A DNA stretch of 64,000 bases, taken from NCBI GenBank assembly GCA_902384795.1, contig CABMDC010000004.1, positions 68,725-132,724 on the forward strand, given 5' to 3'. The stretch comes from Candidatus Gugararchaeum adminiculabundum (GTDB lineage Archaea > Micrarchaeota > Micrarchaeia > Burarchaeales > Gugararchaeaceae). Positions 10,401 through 22,500 of the stretch are shown here, in pieces. Position 1 is the first letter of the stretch. Each line of letters opens with the position of its first letter. The translations under genes were made by a program, and so were the position numbers. The notes under the pieces were generated by a model. That model worked only from the letters and a program-made list of their open reading frames with translations, searched no databases and had not been told where the DNA came from.

Positions 10401-13400
10401 GCCATAGACGCAGTCCACCATGAGATTTCTAACATTGAAGGAAAGGCTTGTGATGTTCAATGATGGCAGGATAGCTGTCTTGTTAACCACAAAATCAACA
10501 GTGTTGTTGTAAAGGTGTGTGTTGGTTGCGAGCGTGTTGTTTGAGTTCAGGATATAAATGCCGTATTGCTTGTTCTTGTATGCTGTGTTGTTCAGCAGGG
10601 TGTTGTTGGTGGAGAAATAATCAAGCCAGATACCATGGGCGGTGTTGTTGTACAGGAAATTGTTCGTGACATTGTTGTTTGAGGAGTTGTAGATGTAGAT
10701 GCCGGAATAGGTGTCGTTGTAAACATAATTGTCCGTGATATTGTTGCCGTTTGAGAAAGCGTAGATGAGGATGCCTTCATAGCGGTTGCCGTTGAGGGTG
10801 TTGTTCGCAACAGTGTTGTTGTTTGAGCGCAGGTAGAGTTGGATGCCGTACTGGGTGTTCCAGTAGATAGTGTTGTTGGTGATGGAATTGTTTGAGGCGC
10901 CCTGGAGATAGATACCCTGGGTGCCGGAGTAAACAGTGTTATTGGCGACGGTATTGTTCAGGGCGCCCTGGAGATAGATGCCGTAGGTATTGTTGTACAC
11001 GAGATTGTTGGAAATGGTGTTATTGAGCTGGCCGTTATCGAGCACAATGCCGGAGTAAGCATTGTAGACAATGTTGTTCGCGAGCGTGTTGTTGTTTGAC
11101 GAGGAACCGAGGTAAATGCCGCGGTAGCCTGAGCCGATGGCCCGGAGGGTGTAGTAGGCGGTGTTGCCATTGAGAACATTGTTTGACGAAATCCAAAGAA
11201 TGATGCCATAGCCGTTGCCTGACGCCGTGTTATTGTAGGCAGTGTTGTTGGAGAGCGTGTTGTTGTTGGAATAGATAAGGTAGATGCCGTACAGATTGTC
11301 AAACATGGCCCTGCTGTTTTCCAGGAGATTGTAGTACGAGTAAGCGAAGTATACTCCGTAATAGTTCCAGCCGGAAGTTATGTTTGTCAAGTGCGAATTG
11401 TTTGTGTAATGCAGGAGCAGGCCGTTGTTTGTCCGGATGTCCGAGCCGTTTATGAGAATGTTTTCCAAAACCGAGCCGGTGGCATTGCAAAGTATCAGTT
11501 CGGAATAAACTTCATCGCTGCGGGTTGTTTGTGAATTGAAATAGCCTATGGGCCTTCCTGCCGAACCGGTGTTGCCCTCAATCACGCTTGAGCAAACAGC
11601 CGCTCCGTCCACCCACAGGTCCCAGTAGGTGTTGTCCTGCGCGATGTTTCCAGTGAGGTTGCTATCCGAGGAGGTCTGCAGCCAGATTCCATAGTTGGAA
11701 TTGTTGTAGGCCGTGTTGTTGACGAGAGTGATGTTGACGGGGCCATTGAGCCAGAAGCCGTTTTTGGTGTTGTTGTAGGCGGTGTTATTGAACGCCATTG
11801 TGCCCAAGCCAGAGAGGACAAAGCCGTTCTGGGTATTGAACGCACTGTTGTTAATGAGAGTATTGTAGTTTATTTGATAGCCGCCACCGCCGGTAATATA
11901 AAAGCCATAGCCGTTGCTTGGACCGTTTACGGTGTTGTTGATAACATTGTTGTAGTGCGACCAGCGCTGGATGACAACGCCGTTATTCACCAGGGTATTG
12001 TTTGTAATGAGGTTGTAAGCCGGCCCGTCGCTAAGGTAAATGCCGTAGGTGTTGTTCAAGACGTAATTGTGGACCATGGTATTGTTGTTTGAACTGTAGT
12101 AGAGGTAGATGCCATAGCCGTTGTTGTAGGCGTAACTGTCCACAATGGTATTGTTGTTGGAATATTGGAAGTATATGCCGGCGTAGGTTGAGGTCGCGTT
12201 TATCCTGGAGAGGCGGGTATTGTTCGTATAGCTCAAAACAAGGCCATTGTTTTTCAGCGGGCCGGAGGGGGTTATGGTTACGTCTTCCACAACCGAACTG
12301 TCCGCATTGCAAAGGAAAAGTTCGGAATAGGTCCCGCCGCTGATTGTTTGCGTTGAGTTGTAATAGGCGATGGGATTTCCTCCAGTGCCTATGTTGTTCT
12401 GAACCACGCTTGTTGAGCAGGCGGGTTGCGAGACGAACAGGTCCCACAGCGAGTTGTTTTGTATAAGATTTCCGCTGACATTGGCATAGGGAGAGCTGAC
12501 AACGATGCCTGAACCGGTGTTGTTGTAAACAGTGTTGTTGACAGCCGTAATGTAGCCTGCGTTATTGGTTTGGGCGAGTTGGATGCCGTCTGTTGAAATG
12601 CCGTGAATAGTATTGTTCGCATAGGTGTTATGGCTGCCATAGCGAAAATCCCAGATGCCACGGTAGCCGTTGGAGATGTCGTTGTATACGAAAGTGTTGT
12701 AATTGCAGTTATCATTGGAATAAATGCCGGTTGAACTGCCGCGTATGGAATTATTCACAACAGTGTTGTTTGATCCGCGGCCTTCGAAGTGAATGCCAAT
12801 CTGGCCGCCGGTGAAGGGGGGGAGTATGTAGAGGGAATTATTGGTGATTGTGTTGTTGTAAGAATAGGATTGGACGAGGATGCTGTCCTGATAGAGGTTG
12901 TATAGGGAATTATTTGCGATAGTATTGCCGCTTGAGTATAGATAGACAGTTATGGCATAGGTGCCGTTGTAGACGCTATTATTTATGACATTGTTGTAGC
13001 CGGAATAGTTGTAGAGGTAGACGCCATTTGTGTTGTTGTATACGGAATTGTTCTGAATTGTGCTTCCGTTGACTGCGTTGTAATAAATTCCTGTTGAGAA
13101 GTATTTTATCGCGCAGTTCTTCACTGTAACGTTCCTCCTGCTGGTTGCATTTATCCCAATGCCGGTCCAGGAGGAACCGGTTATGCTGCGGCCGTTGCAG
13201 TTAAGAATGACATCATTGGCTGAAATTATGAAGCAGTTGCTGGAAGAACTCACGTCGCTGGTTAGTGTGTATACGCCCGAACCGACAATGGTGTTGCACC
13301 CGGTCACAGAAAGGCTGCCCCCTCCTGCATCAAGGGAAGCGGAGAGAAGCGTGCTGTTGTTCTTGAATAGGGAGGATAAGGAGGACAGACCGATGGAAAC

Positions 13401-13457
13401 AGATAGGAAAAGAATAATGGCACACATGAAAATTGCTACTTTTTTGTACTCTATCAT
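7434..13457 (-). CDS. Giant cell-surface protein (2007 aa): parallel beta-helix (NosD/PbH1) repeats, cadherin/Ig-like repeats, Cys-rich module, coiled coil, C-terminal TM anchor
   Basis: N-terminal hydrophobic leader after RBS GGGAGG; dozens of GIYL..S.NNTI.NN repeats; ~88-aa YDLNATDNSGTVYYFVNDTGNF repeats; CTSDSDCADDEKC module; TM helix plus KRKKRK tail; many N-x-S/T sequons. Confidence 0.9.
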   Translation of the reverse strand: MIEYKKVAIFMCAIILFLSVSIGLSSLSSLFKNNSTLLSASLDAGGGSLSVTGCNTIVGSGVYTLTSDVSSSSNCFIISANDVILNCNGRSITGSSWTGIGINATSRRNVTVKNCAIKYFSTGIYYNAVNGSTIQNNSVYNNTNGVYLYNYSGYNNVINNSVYNGTYAITVYLYSSGNTIANNSLYNLYQDSILVQSYSYNNTITNNSLYILPPFTGGQIGIHFEGRGSNNTVVNNSIRGSSTGIYSNDNCNYNTFVYNDISNGYRGIWDFRYGSHNTYANNTIHGISTDGIQLAQTNNAGYITAVNNTVYNNTGSGIVVSSPYANVSGNLIQNNSLWDLFVSQPACSTSVVQNNIGTGGNPIAYYNSTQTISGGTYSELFLCNADSSVVEDVTITPSGPLKNNGLVLSYTNNTRLSRINATSTYAGIYFQYSNNNTIVDSYAYNNGYGIYLYYSSNNNTMVHNYVLNNTYGIYLSDGPAYNLITNNTLVNNGVVIQRWSHYNNVINNTVNGPSNGYGFYITGGGGYQINYNTLINNSAFNTQNGFVLSGLGTMAFNNTAYNNTKNGFWLNGPVNITLVNNTAYNNSNYGIWLQTSSDSNLTGNIAQDNTYWDLWVDGAAVCSSVIEGNTGSAGRPIGYFNSQTTRSDEVYSELILCNATGSVLENILINGSDIRTNNGLLLHYTNNSHLTNITSGWNYYGVYFAYSYYNLLENSRAMFDNLYGIYLIYSNNNTLSNNTAYNNTASGNGYGIILWISSNNVLNGNTAYYTLRAIGSGYRGIYLGSSSNNNTLANNIVYNAYSGIVLDNGQLNNTISNNLVYNNTYGIYLQGALNNTVANNTVYSGTQGIYLQGASNNSITNNTIYWNTQYGIQLYLRSNNNTVANNTLNGNRYEGILIYAFSNGNNITDNYVYNDTYSGIYIYNSSNNNVTNNFLYNNTAHGIWLDYFSTNNTLLNNTAYKNKQYGIYILNSNNTLATNTHLYNNTVDFVVNKTAILPSLNITSLSFNVRNLMVDCVYGNYTNYTSLSIIDTVENSTSFSIKWAGNSTSIPGNTTSFLQKFVNITANTTSVSIDYIALTWFDAEVPSQYNPAAFDLWKYNSSGWTMLNGTSNATSNTLALYSLFPGSTYAIIQYTGPPEWLESLSNRTAEVGSVFAYDVNATDLFPTTYTINDTTNFAINSSNGNLTNATYLPLGANYSLNITASGAFSNSISAVIRINVTDTTAPAWVETPVNKSIGSVSSFEYDLNATDNSGTVYYFVNDTGNFAMDINTGNLTNATSLSLGIYPLMVTINDSSNNPRTAQINATVLDTLTPVWAETPENQTAEVGFPFFYDLNATDNSGTVYYFVNDTGNFAMDINTGNLTNATTLAVGFYPLLVTVNDSSNNANIVQFNVTVLDTIAPTWNTVPINRAVALESVFSYVLDASDNSGTVYYFVNDTGNFTMDMNTGVLTNSTILGNGVYRISVTANDSSDNSITSQINITVGTVVTTIACGDILVLSTTLPFDLICNGTALTLRASNIILDCNGSALMGNGTGYGVNMTGQENTSIKNCMISGFASGINLQSSLNITVQNNSLHENGQSGLVLDSSSENTIIENSLYLNSIAGMSIFDSSLGNNITHNYFYLNALFSLYNGQAAGVNAQNNYWGTTYCSDVSATIHDWYDDSALGTVIFSPLLNATYPTGSSIDCESVISPDNNVPNNLTIHIPSKVCKGYAVEVKVSDKDGGRAGAVVLFQIGGFTETSGITGAQGKISFTPLTIESYTILARYSSLSAEETMTPVACLVPPCTSDSDCADDEKCLVGGCTRITGVCGKALGHAWTSYDCCSNLDCASDSVCTDNSCAVVSGTCGHAENHVWVPYECCADGDCASGEKCTSNACVPTSPEIAIEKEKTKKEIDKVKKQLDDAKNQGQVVTEAEKFLSQAYLAYQIGDYANASNLAEQASTYLLTPTPLPLVPEEHSLGIWELIRTVPGAITVTLLVAFMFVPVFLILMLLKRKKRKLEMGKEN

Positions 13458-13543
13458 CGCCGCCTCCCAAATATCCCTTTTCTTCTAGGGTATTAGACAT
13501 GCTCTATATATAAATAGCGCCGAAGCGCACCCGTTGTAAAATT

Positions 13544-16500
13544 CTATTCGATTTTCCCTGGTTTCTCCGCCATTTCGAGTTTCTGTTTCTTGCGCTTCAA
13601 AAGCAGGAGAATCAGGAAAACCGGCAAAAATAGGAGGACTACTAATATAGACACGGTTATTGCTCCGGGCAGGGTATGTATCAATTCCCAAATGCCCTGG
13701 GACTTGGGCGGAATTGGAGGCGGAGGCAATGGGGCATTGTCCATGAGATATGTCGCCCGCTGTGCAAGCTCGCTTGCTTTGTTGTAATCGCCGTTCGCAT
13801 AGGCCGCATCCGCCTGCGCGAGCAGGTTTGCGGCTTCTTCAACCGGCTTGCCCTGCTTCTTCGCCTCGTCCAGTTCTTTTTTCACATTGTCGATTTCCTT
13901 CTTTGTTTCGTCTTTCTTCTTTTCATCGATGATTATTGCAGCGCACGCATTGCTTGTGCATTTTTCTCCGCTCGCGCAGTCGCCGTCGGCGCAGCATTCG
14001 TAGGGAACCCACACATGGTTTTCAGCATGGCCGCAGGTTCCGGAGATTTTGGTGCATGAATGGGATGCGCAGATGCTGTCGCTCGCGCACTCGGAATCGC
14101 TGCAGCATTTATAGCCGGTCCAGGCATGGCCCGCGGCATAGCCGCACACTCCCTCGATTTTGGTGCATCCGCCAACCAGGCACTTTTCGTCGTCTGCGCA
14201 GGCGGAATCCGAAGTGCATTTCGGAATTGGATTGTTGGAGCAGTCAACTGAAGAAATTATGGCGACATCGGCCCTGAGAAGCGGGTAGGTTGCCAAAATT
14301 CGGTATTCCCCGGTTCTTGAAGCGGTTAGCAGCGCAGAACCGCTGGCGCCGGTGGTGGTGGACATTTCAGTTGTTTTTCCATTGTAGAACAGGGAAACGT
14401 CCGCGCTTGTTACTGTCCTATGCTTGTCGCGCACAACAACTTCAAACGGAAAGTTAACGCAGACTTCTTCAGGGACCGAAATTTTCAGGAAGTTGGGCAA
14501 ATCGTGCCTGGGCTCGACATTGGGGGAAGAGGAGGATAGAACAGTGATGTTAATCTGCACGTTATTCGGATTGTTGCTGGAATCGTTCGCAGTGACCGTG
14601 ATCTGGTAAATCCCCTCGTCAAGGAAAGTGGCATTGGTGAGAACTCCGTTGTTGATGTCCATGGTGAAATTCCCGGTGTCGTTTACGAAATATTCAACAG
14701 TGCCGGAATTGTCAGTGGCGTTCAGATCATAGGAGAACTGCAGGCCCAGGGCTGCTATCTGGTTAACCGGGGTTTCAACCCACTCGGGAGGAGTCGTGTC
14801 AATCACAGTGAGATTGATCTGCACGGTGTTCGGATTGTTGCTGGAATCGTTCGCAGTGACCGTGATCTGGTAAATCCCCGGCCCGAGTGAAGTGGAGTTT
14901 GTTAGGAATCCGGTGACCATGTCCATGGTGAAATTGCCGCTGTCGTTTGTGAAATATTCCACTAATCCGGAATTGTCAGTGGCATTCAAATCATAGTAGA
15001 AGGATGATGCCGAATAAATTGTCTGGTTGGCCGGGGTTTCGTCCCACACCGGGGGCGTGCCGTCCACGGAGGAGAAACTTGTCTGCGCAGTGTCCAGGTT
15101 ATCGCTGGAATCTAGTGCATACAAAGTTACTGCGTAATCCCCGAAGGCGGTGGTGTCCGGGAAATCAACGCTCCAGTCAGTGGCAGTGGAGTTTGAAAGC
15201 GAATAGTTGACAGCTATGCCGCCCGGGTAGGTCACTTCCGCGATCACCTGCGAAACAAGAATATTGTCGCTGACCACCGCGGCTATGGTGACGCTGTCTC
15301 CTGCGGACTGCGGCGAGGGGAGCGCACTAAGCGAGGAGATCACCGGGTCGGTGCTGTCCCTTACCTCCACGAGGACGGGCAGGTCGAAGGTAACGGTCGT
15401 GGCAAATTCATCATCGAATAAGAATGCGAATGTCGCATTGCCCGAATAGGAGCCTGGCGGCTGGTTCCAGAGAACGCTTAGGTTCGTTTCCACGGTTCCG
15501 TTCTCCTGCGCGAGTATGGGCAGTGCGCCCACGAAGTAGGAGAGGTTGGTGCTATTGATAATGCCCGAACCGCTTGTGAGGTTTGAGAAAGTGAGCGTGA
15601 GCGCCGATACGTTCGCATTGGTCTCGTCCACATTTGATACGTTTATGCCGAAGGTTGCGTTCTCGTTGTCATACACTATTCCGAAATCAATGTCGCCCAC
15701 TGCCAGCGCAGTCCCGACATCCTTTTCAAAGGTCATGGAATCGCTTGTGTCCATCACCTGGTGGCCGTCATAGTCGAAACCCTGGCCGCTGATAGTGCCA
15801 AAGGACGTTCCGTCCGGCGCGCAGCCCGTGTCCACAAATATTCCGAAAGGAGTTGACCTGCCGTAGCCGATATTTTCCACCGAGGGCGGGGTGAACGAAA
15901 CACAGCTGGAAAGCAGGCCGATCAGGTCATTGTATGCAAGCGCGACATTGGAAGCGTTTGCCCAGCCGGAGCTGTCATTCATGTTATAGCTTCTGGACAT
16001 GCCCGAGGTGTAGGAGCTCACTGCGATATGCACACCCGCGGGCGTGATGTTCAGCATCCTGCCGAAGTTCTTGGAATCACTCGCCTGATTGTTTGACTCG
16101 TCGTATTCCGAAGGCGTTGCATTGGAAAGAACTGCAAACAGCGGCTTGGATTCCGAACCGCAGGTGCCTGTTTCATGCGTCCAGTTGAAAGCAAGTGTTT
16201 CGGAATTCTCAGGGAATGGAAGCAATTTGGCATAATTGAAATCAGCGGTTGATGCGGTGGTGAAAAGCCCGATTCCTCCGTAGGGGATGGGATTGGTTGT
16301 GTCATTGTAAGTCATGACCAGCCGGTTGTTGATGTAAATATAGGAAACATTGCCAACTACGACAACTTTTTCCGTGAACCAATCCGAAGCCAGGCTGAAG
16401 TTCAGGGATGTTCCCAGGGCCTTGTTTGCGGGCGCGTACTTTGCCAGGTTGACCTTGTAGCCAGTGGCTGCCGCATAGCTGATGTAGGTATAATAATAGT

Positions 16501-19500
16501 GGGTGCTGTTGGCCCTCCGGTAAACCAGCCCCACCCCGTTGCCCGTCACTCTCTTCATCCTGGCTTCATAGGTGTAATTTTCCAGGTAGGAACTCACGCC
16601 GTTTGCATAGACTATCCTGTTCCCGCTTGCAAGCGACTGGCGCAGGACTCCGCTGGAAACAAGCCAGGTGCCCCCCACGTTTGTCCAGAGCACCGGGACC
16701 CCGTCAACCTGGTTGAACACGTCATGGAAAAGCGCTCCGCTTAGGTTGCTAGAAACCTGCGAACCTATCAGGTTGCCCGGATCAACCTCGGTGTGATAAA
16801 GGGAAACAAGCACAGTGCCGTTCGCAACCCCTGAATTCTTGATGGACACGTTCAGGGTCACATTGTCGCATTCTGTTTTGGCGGCGCGCTCAACCGAGAA
16901 ATTTACAATGGAGAAATCCGACCCGATCACGTTCATGGAGCGCGAAATATTATTGTCCAGTTCGTTCAGTTCATCAAACGAATTGTTGGCATCAACAACC
17001 AGGGTCACGTTGTAAATCCTTATTTGCGTGAAAGTGTAGTTGATGGAAACGGTCGCATTGGTGCCTGCGCTTATGTTCACTGCAGTTGAATTCGCAAAGG
17101 CCCCGTCCAGGTAGATGCTTATGTTCGTATCGGAGGCGGTGGAACCTCCGGTGTTTGCAATCAGTGCATTTATGGTGCTCGGGGTGCCAAGAAGCGGCGG
17201 AGTGGTGATGTTCATGGAAAGCGGCTTGAGCTCGGGATGCCCGGACATTACCAGGACAATCTGGCGGGGCCAGTCATAGGACTGGCCGATGGAGCGCGTG
17301 GTCAGGTTCCAGCCAACGCCGGATTTGGACAGGTTGAACGTGTGCGGGGAGTCGTAAAATATTGCATAGGGGTTTAGGAACTCGGTGGATTCCACATAGG
17401 CGACCTTTGGAGTCAGACCATTGACATCGGTAAGTCTGGCTCCGTCAGACTTTGTGCCATTGGACCGGTAGGAGTAGAAGGTTGCACCCGAAACATTTCC
17501 GCCCGTGGAATTTATCGCCTGCACCCTTACTGACCACTCGCGTTTTATCACATGGTTTGCCTGCACTGAACAGAAGGTGTTGGTCGCATCCAGCGCGCCG
17601 CCGCTTTCCCTGGGCGGCGAATCGGTCAGGTAAATATCTATCAGGCGGTTGTAGCAGAATGTATTGTTCCCGATCATGGGAGTGGAATTCAAAAGGGCCT
17701 GAATCCCGTATGCCGAGCTGTTGTAGAGGGTATTGTTTGCGAGCACGGCCCTGGAGCCTGAAAGATAGACGCCGGCATTGGTGCCGGTGGTGCCCCCGTT
17801 CAGCGTCAGGTTGTTCAGGATATAGGTGTTATTGGAATTCACATCATATATCCCGTTTATGAGGTTGCCCATTAGCGAGTTGTTGGAGAACGTGTTGTTG
17901 CGGCTGTTGACGCTGGCCGTCCCGTAGTTTCCGGTGGAGATGTTGTTGTCGGCTATCGTGTTGTTGCTGCTAAGATAGTAGGCACTATACCTGTCCAGGT
18001 AAATTCCCCGCGCATTGCCTGCAAGGGTGTTGTTCACAATGCTGTTGTTGGAGGAAGAGCGGAACCGCATGCCCGCATAGCTGTTGTTGCGCAGAGTGTT
18101 GTTTGAAATTGTGAAGTTGTCGCTGAGCACGATATCTATGCCGACCGCGGTTGAAATCACCAGGTTGTCGGCTATGTTGCCGCTGGAGTAAGTGTTGAAG
18201 AAGATTGCCGAGGCGGTTGATGAATTGAAAATTGTATTGTTTGTCACAGTGATGTTAGCCGAACGGGCATCGATCCAGATGCCGGCAAAACTTTGATTGT
18301 ATATTATATTTCCTCTTAGCGCGTTGTTGCTCGAAGTGCTGGTAAGAACAATGGCTGCCCTGTTGCCTCCGATCCCGTTCAGATAGAGCGTGTTGTTCTC
18401 GATCTGGCTCCGTGAAGATGACTGCAGGCGCATGCCGGTAATCCCATTGTCATAAGCCGTGTTGTTGGTGAGCCTGCCATCGGAAGATGTGGAAAGGACG
18501 ATTCCATACTGAGTATTATTATAGGCATGATTATTGGAGAGGGTGTTGTTGTTTGAGGCTGAAAGGTAAATTCCGTATAGGGAATTGTTGTTGACGGAAT
18601 TGCCCAGTAGTGTGCTGGTGTTTGTGGAAGCGAGATAAATCCCATACTGGGTGTTGTTGTACACCGAGTTGCTCTCCAGGGTTATGTTCAGGGATGTCTG
18701 GAGATAGATTCCGCGGCTGAAGTTCAAAATCACGCAATTCTTTATGGTGTTGTTCGCCTTTGTGGGCATGTAAATCCCATAGCCGATTTTGCTCCCGCTG
18801 AGCGTGTGCCCGTTGCAATCCAAGACTATATTGCTTGCGCTTATGTTCAGCCCGTTGCCAGGGCAGTCGATCGCATCCCCGGCCAGGGTCGTGCTCATAG
18901 TTATATTAGTGCCGCAAGCAACATCGTACGGGGAATAGGGCCGGGTCAGATAAGGTATGTAAGTGACATTTCCCAGGGCAGTGTCATTGGCATAGTCATA
19001 GATTTTGCTTCTTATTTCATTCGCATCGGAAGTGCCCCAGTAGTTGTAAGTTGCGCTGACATTTGCATACATCCAGCTTTCAGCGTAGGTGTTGTTGTCC
19101 ACAAAACTAAGGTTGATGCTGTCAATTATGCTATTGTACTGGAATGTGTTGTTCACTGAATTGTTTTGCACAAGAATTCCGATCCCCGCGTAAGTTATGT
19201 TATTTTGGATCACGGTGTTGTAGGTGTTGTTTCCATATTTGGCGGGTGTCCATCCAAACATATCGTTCAGCACAATTCCGGCATAGCTCACCCCTACAAT
19301 GGTATTCCCGTAAACTATCGTGCCATTTACCGCGTTTGCAAGTACGATTCCCGCTCCGATCTGCGGACTAGACATGTTTAGTACTGTGTTGTTCTCAATC
19401 CTGCCCCCCAGCAAACCTTGCACTACAATGCCGGCAAGCGACGGAACAATGCTTCCGTTAACCGTATTATTGGCGATTACAATGTGGTCTTGGCCCTCGC

Positions 19501-22500
19501 CCATTGCGTCTCCTCCGATTGTCCAAATTCCTATTGCCACGCTGCCCCGGGTCACCACGGTATTATTTAAGATTGAGAGGTTCACAACGCCGGTGAATAT
19601 TCCAATGCTCACCGGGCCCAGGAAGCCTCCCCCTCCGTCATAAACAGTTATATTGTTGTTCTCAATTGTTTCATTCTCATGTTGCGGGGACGGCGCGTCC
19701 AGATTAAACATGAATATTCCATTTGTCACGTCATCTATTGTGTTGCCGTCCACGGTGTTATTTACAAAATGCGGATAAAGACTGCCATGGCCGGTGAAAA
19801 TTCCAGTGCTAGCGTTTGTATCTGTGACTCCGACCCGCCCATAAACCGTATTGTTCTGAATCAGCGTATTATTGGTCCCGACAAAATACACTCCCCCTGT
19901 GAAGTACTTTATCACGCAGTTCTTTACAATAATATTCTGCCTGTTGGTAGCAACAATCCCGTATATGTCGCTCACATAATCATTCGTGCTTATGGTGTGG
20001 CCGTTGCAGTTAAGCACCACATTGTCTTCAGTAATAAGCAGCCCGTTGCCAGGGCAGTCGAGAAGGTCGGTTTCCATGGTGCTGCTCGCACCTATGCTAT
20101 CCCCGCAGTAGGTTATGAACGGGCATGAATCGTCACACACCATGTTGGTCGAAGTATCACAAGTTGAATTGGCAAATTCGTTCGAATCGCCGGAATCATC
20201 ATTGTAAATATCCTTGGAGGGATTGTAGCATGAAGTGATGTTCGTGGCATTGTTGTCCTGGGACAGGGGGCCGATGTAAACACCATACTGGGTGTTATCG
20301 TACACGAAATTGTTTAGGAGGCTGTCGTTTGAAGAGGACTCGAGCCAGATGCCGTTCGTGAAGTTTGAGATTATGCAGTTCTTTAGGGTGATGTTGTTCC
20401 ATCCGGTTGAATTTACTCCGGAGCCGTTCTGTTCTCCAGTCAGGGTGTGGTGGTTGCAATCCAGTGTGATGCCATCGGCTCCGATTATGGCCCCGGATTC
20501 ATTGCAGTACAGGTTGAAACTCATCGTTGCATTGGTTGTGATCGTATGGCCGCACCTGAGATTTACCATATCCGTTTCCTCTGTGGAGTAGTTGCTGAAG
20601 CCCGACACCTGCGCGACCAGGGTTCCGCCGGAGTAAGAAGTCAGGTTGCACAACGCAGGATCGTTGTCGCATCTCACCCCGTTCTTCAGCAGGAAGGGAA
20701 CGTCCTCGTCTTCGTAGGGCAGCCCATAGAAAGTGATTTCTGCGCTAGTGTTGAGGTTTGAGAGCCACCCGGTGTCCGCTATCCCGACCAGGTTGTCCTC
20801 CAGGTAAACATTTGTGCCGATTGCAAGGTCAGTAAGGAGGGTGAGATTAGCGGACGGCGCCCAGGATATTTTTCCGAACGAATTCTCATAGGTTGGATAC
20901 TGCGCGCACGTTAGGCTCCCTGTTGAGGAATACTCCAGGGAAAGAGGGGGGTAGCTTGGGGCGATGTGGAAAGTCTCATTGAACGCGGATTAATTGTAGG
21001 TGAAATCGTTTCCAGCCCCATTTGCAATAAGCACGTCATTGGCAAAGCCATAGCAGGTTACGGGGAAACCTGTGCAGTTGTCAAAACCAAATGAGCTGTC
21101 AAGGTAAAGAGTCGTGTTCATTCCAGAACCGTTCATGTCCGCGCATGCCACATCAAAATTGCGGGCCGTGGAAACATTCGCAACAGGCTGGCCGTCTGCG
21201 GTGATTATACTCATGGTTTGGATTCCAGAGAGGTTGGTTAGGAAAAACACGCCGGTCGAGCCATATTGGTCTACGCCATTGCAGACCCTCGTGCCTGCGA
21301 TTACAGGAGAGAACGAAGCATCATAGAACACTTCGGTTTCATTGCTGCTCCCACTGTCCTGGACCAGCGTGTTGTAGAAGCCGTTGTTAGACCAGTCATT
21401 GTTGCAGGAGGGGAACTCCAGCTGAACTCCGTAGGTGGTCACGTTCTCCACGCTGTAATTGAGATAGGGAGAACTGTAGTCGGGAACCAGGCTTATCAAA
21501 TTAAACGCGTCCGCATGGAACGTATAATTGTTGCCCGGTCCATTCGTGGTGAGCACACCGGGTGCAAGCCCGTAGCATATGCCCGGCGCAGCCAGGGCGG
21601 TTTCCAGGTCATTGCAGGTATTCCAGCCGAATGTGGTGCTTTCAAAATACATTGTCGCATTATCAAGGCCGTCCACGCCTCCGAAGTTTACGCATGCCAC
21701 GCCGTAATCCGCCGAAGTGTTTATGTGGCTGTAAATTTCGCCGTTATAAATGATGTCCACCGGTGAACCTGGCCCTCCGGCTCCCTCGGGGAGGAGGAAT
21801 GAAACTGCATTGGAACTGGAATAGCCATTGGTGCATTCCCTTGATTCCGTGGGGGAGATGTTTAGATAACCTGGATTTTCATAGCCGATTGGGATATGCA
21901 AATCCCCGGTGAGGCCGGTGTCATTGAAAGTAAAGTTATTGCCGATTCCATGGCCGACCAGCACGCTCTTTGCAAAACCATAGCAAGGTGCGCCGAGCGA
22001 ATCTGGGTTGCTTATGTCGTCGCAGCTGTTGAAACCAAAGGTGGATCTGAAATAGATAGTGGTGTTGTCAGATGCCCCTATGCCGGATAGATCCAAGCAG
22101 GCAGCATCGTAATTCGCGTTCGGATCTGCGATTCCCAAAATTTCGCCGCCATAGATTATGCTTTGCACTGAAGGCAGAGTGATGCTTCCACCTTCATCGC
22201 CCGTGTAAACATCGTTCCAGCCGCCACTGGCAACGCATACGTCACTGCTGCAATTTGCCGAGCAGCATTCGCCATTTCCACCGCAAGCCCCATCATTCGC
22301 CGTGCAACCCATAAAAGTGTCTGGGCCGCATGCACCAAAACCCCAACCGGTGCAGCATGTTTCGCAAGCCGGTTCGCCACCCCCTCCGCAAGATTCCCCG
22401 TTAAGAACACAGGCCGCGCACACTCCGCCAGCGCAATTTCCCGAGCAGCAATCGGTGCCTGCGCCGCAATTATCCCCCATGGAAAAACATGCGCTGTCGG

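Noticed and set aside
20990-20992. Genome-wide stop-codon reassignment
   Set aside because: TAA, TAG and TGA all terminate well-conserved genes here (ftsZ TAA, lig TAG, mvaD TGA).
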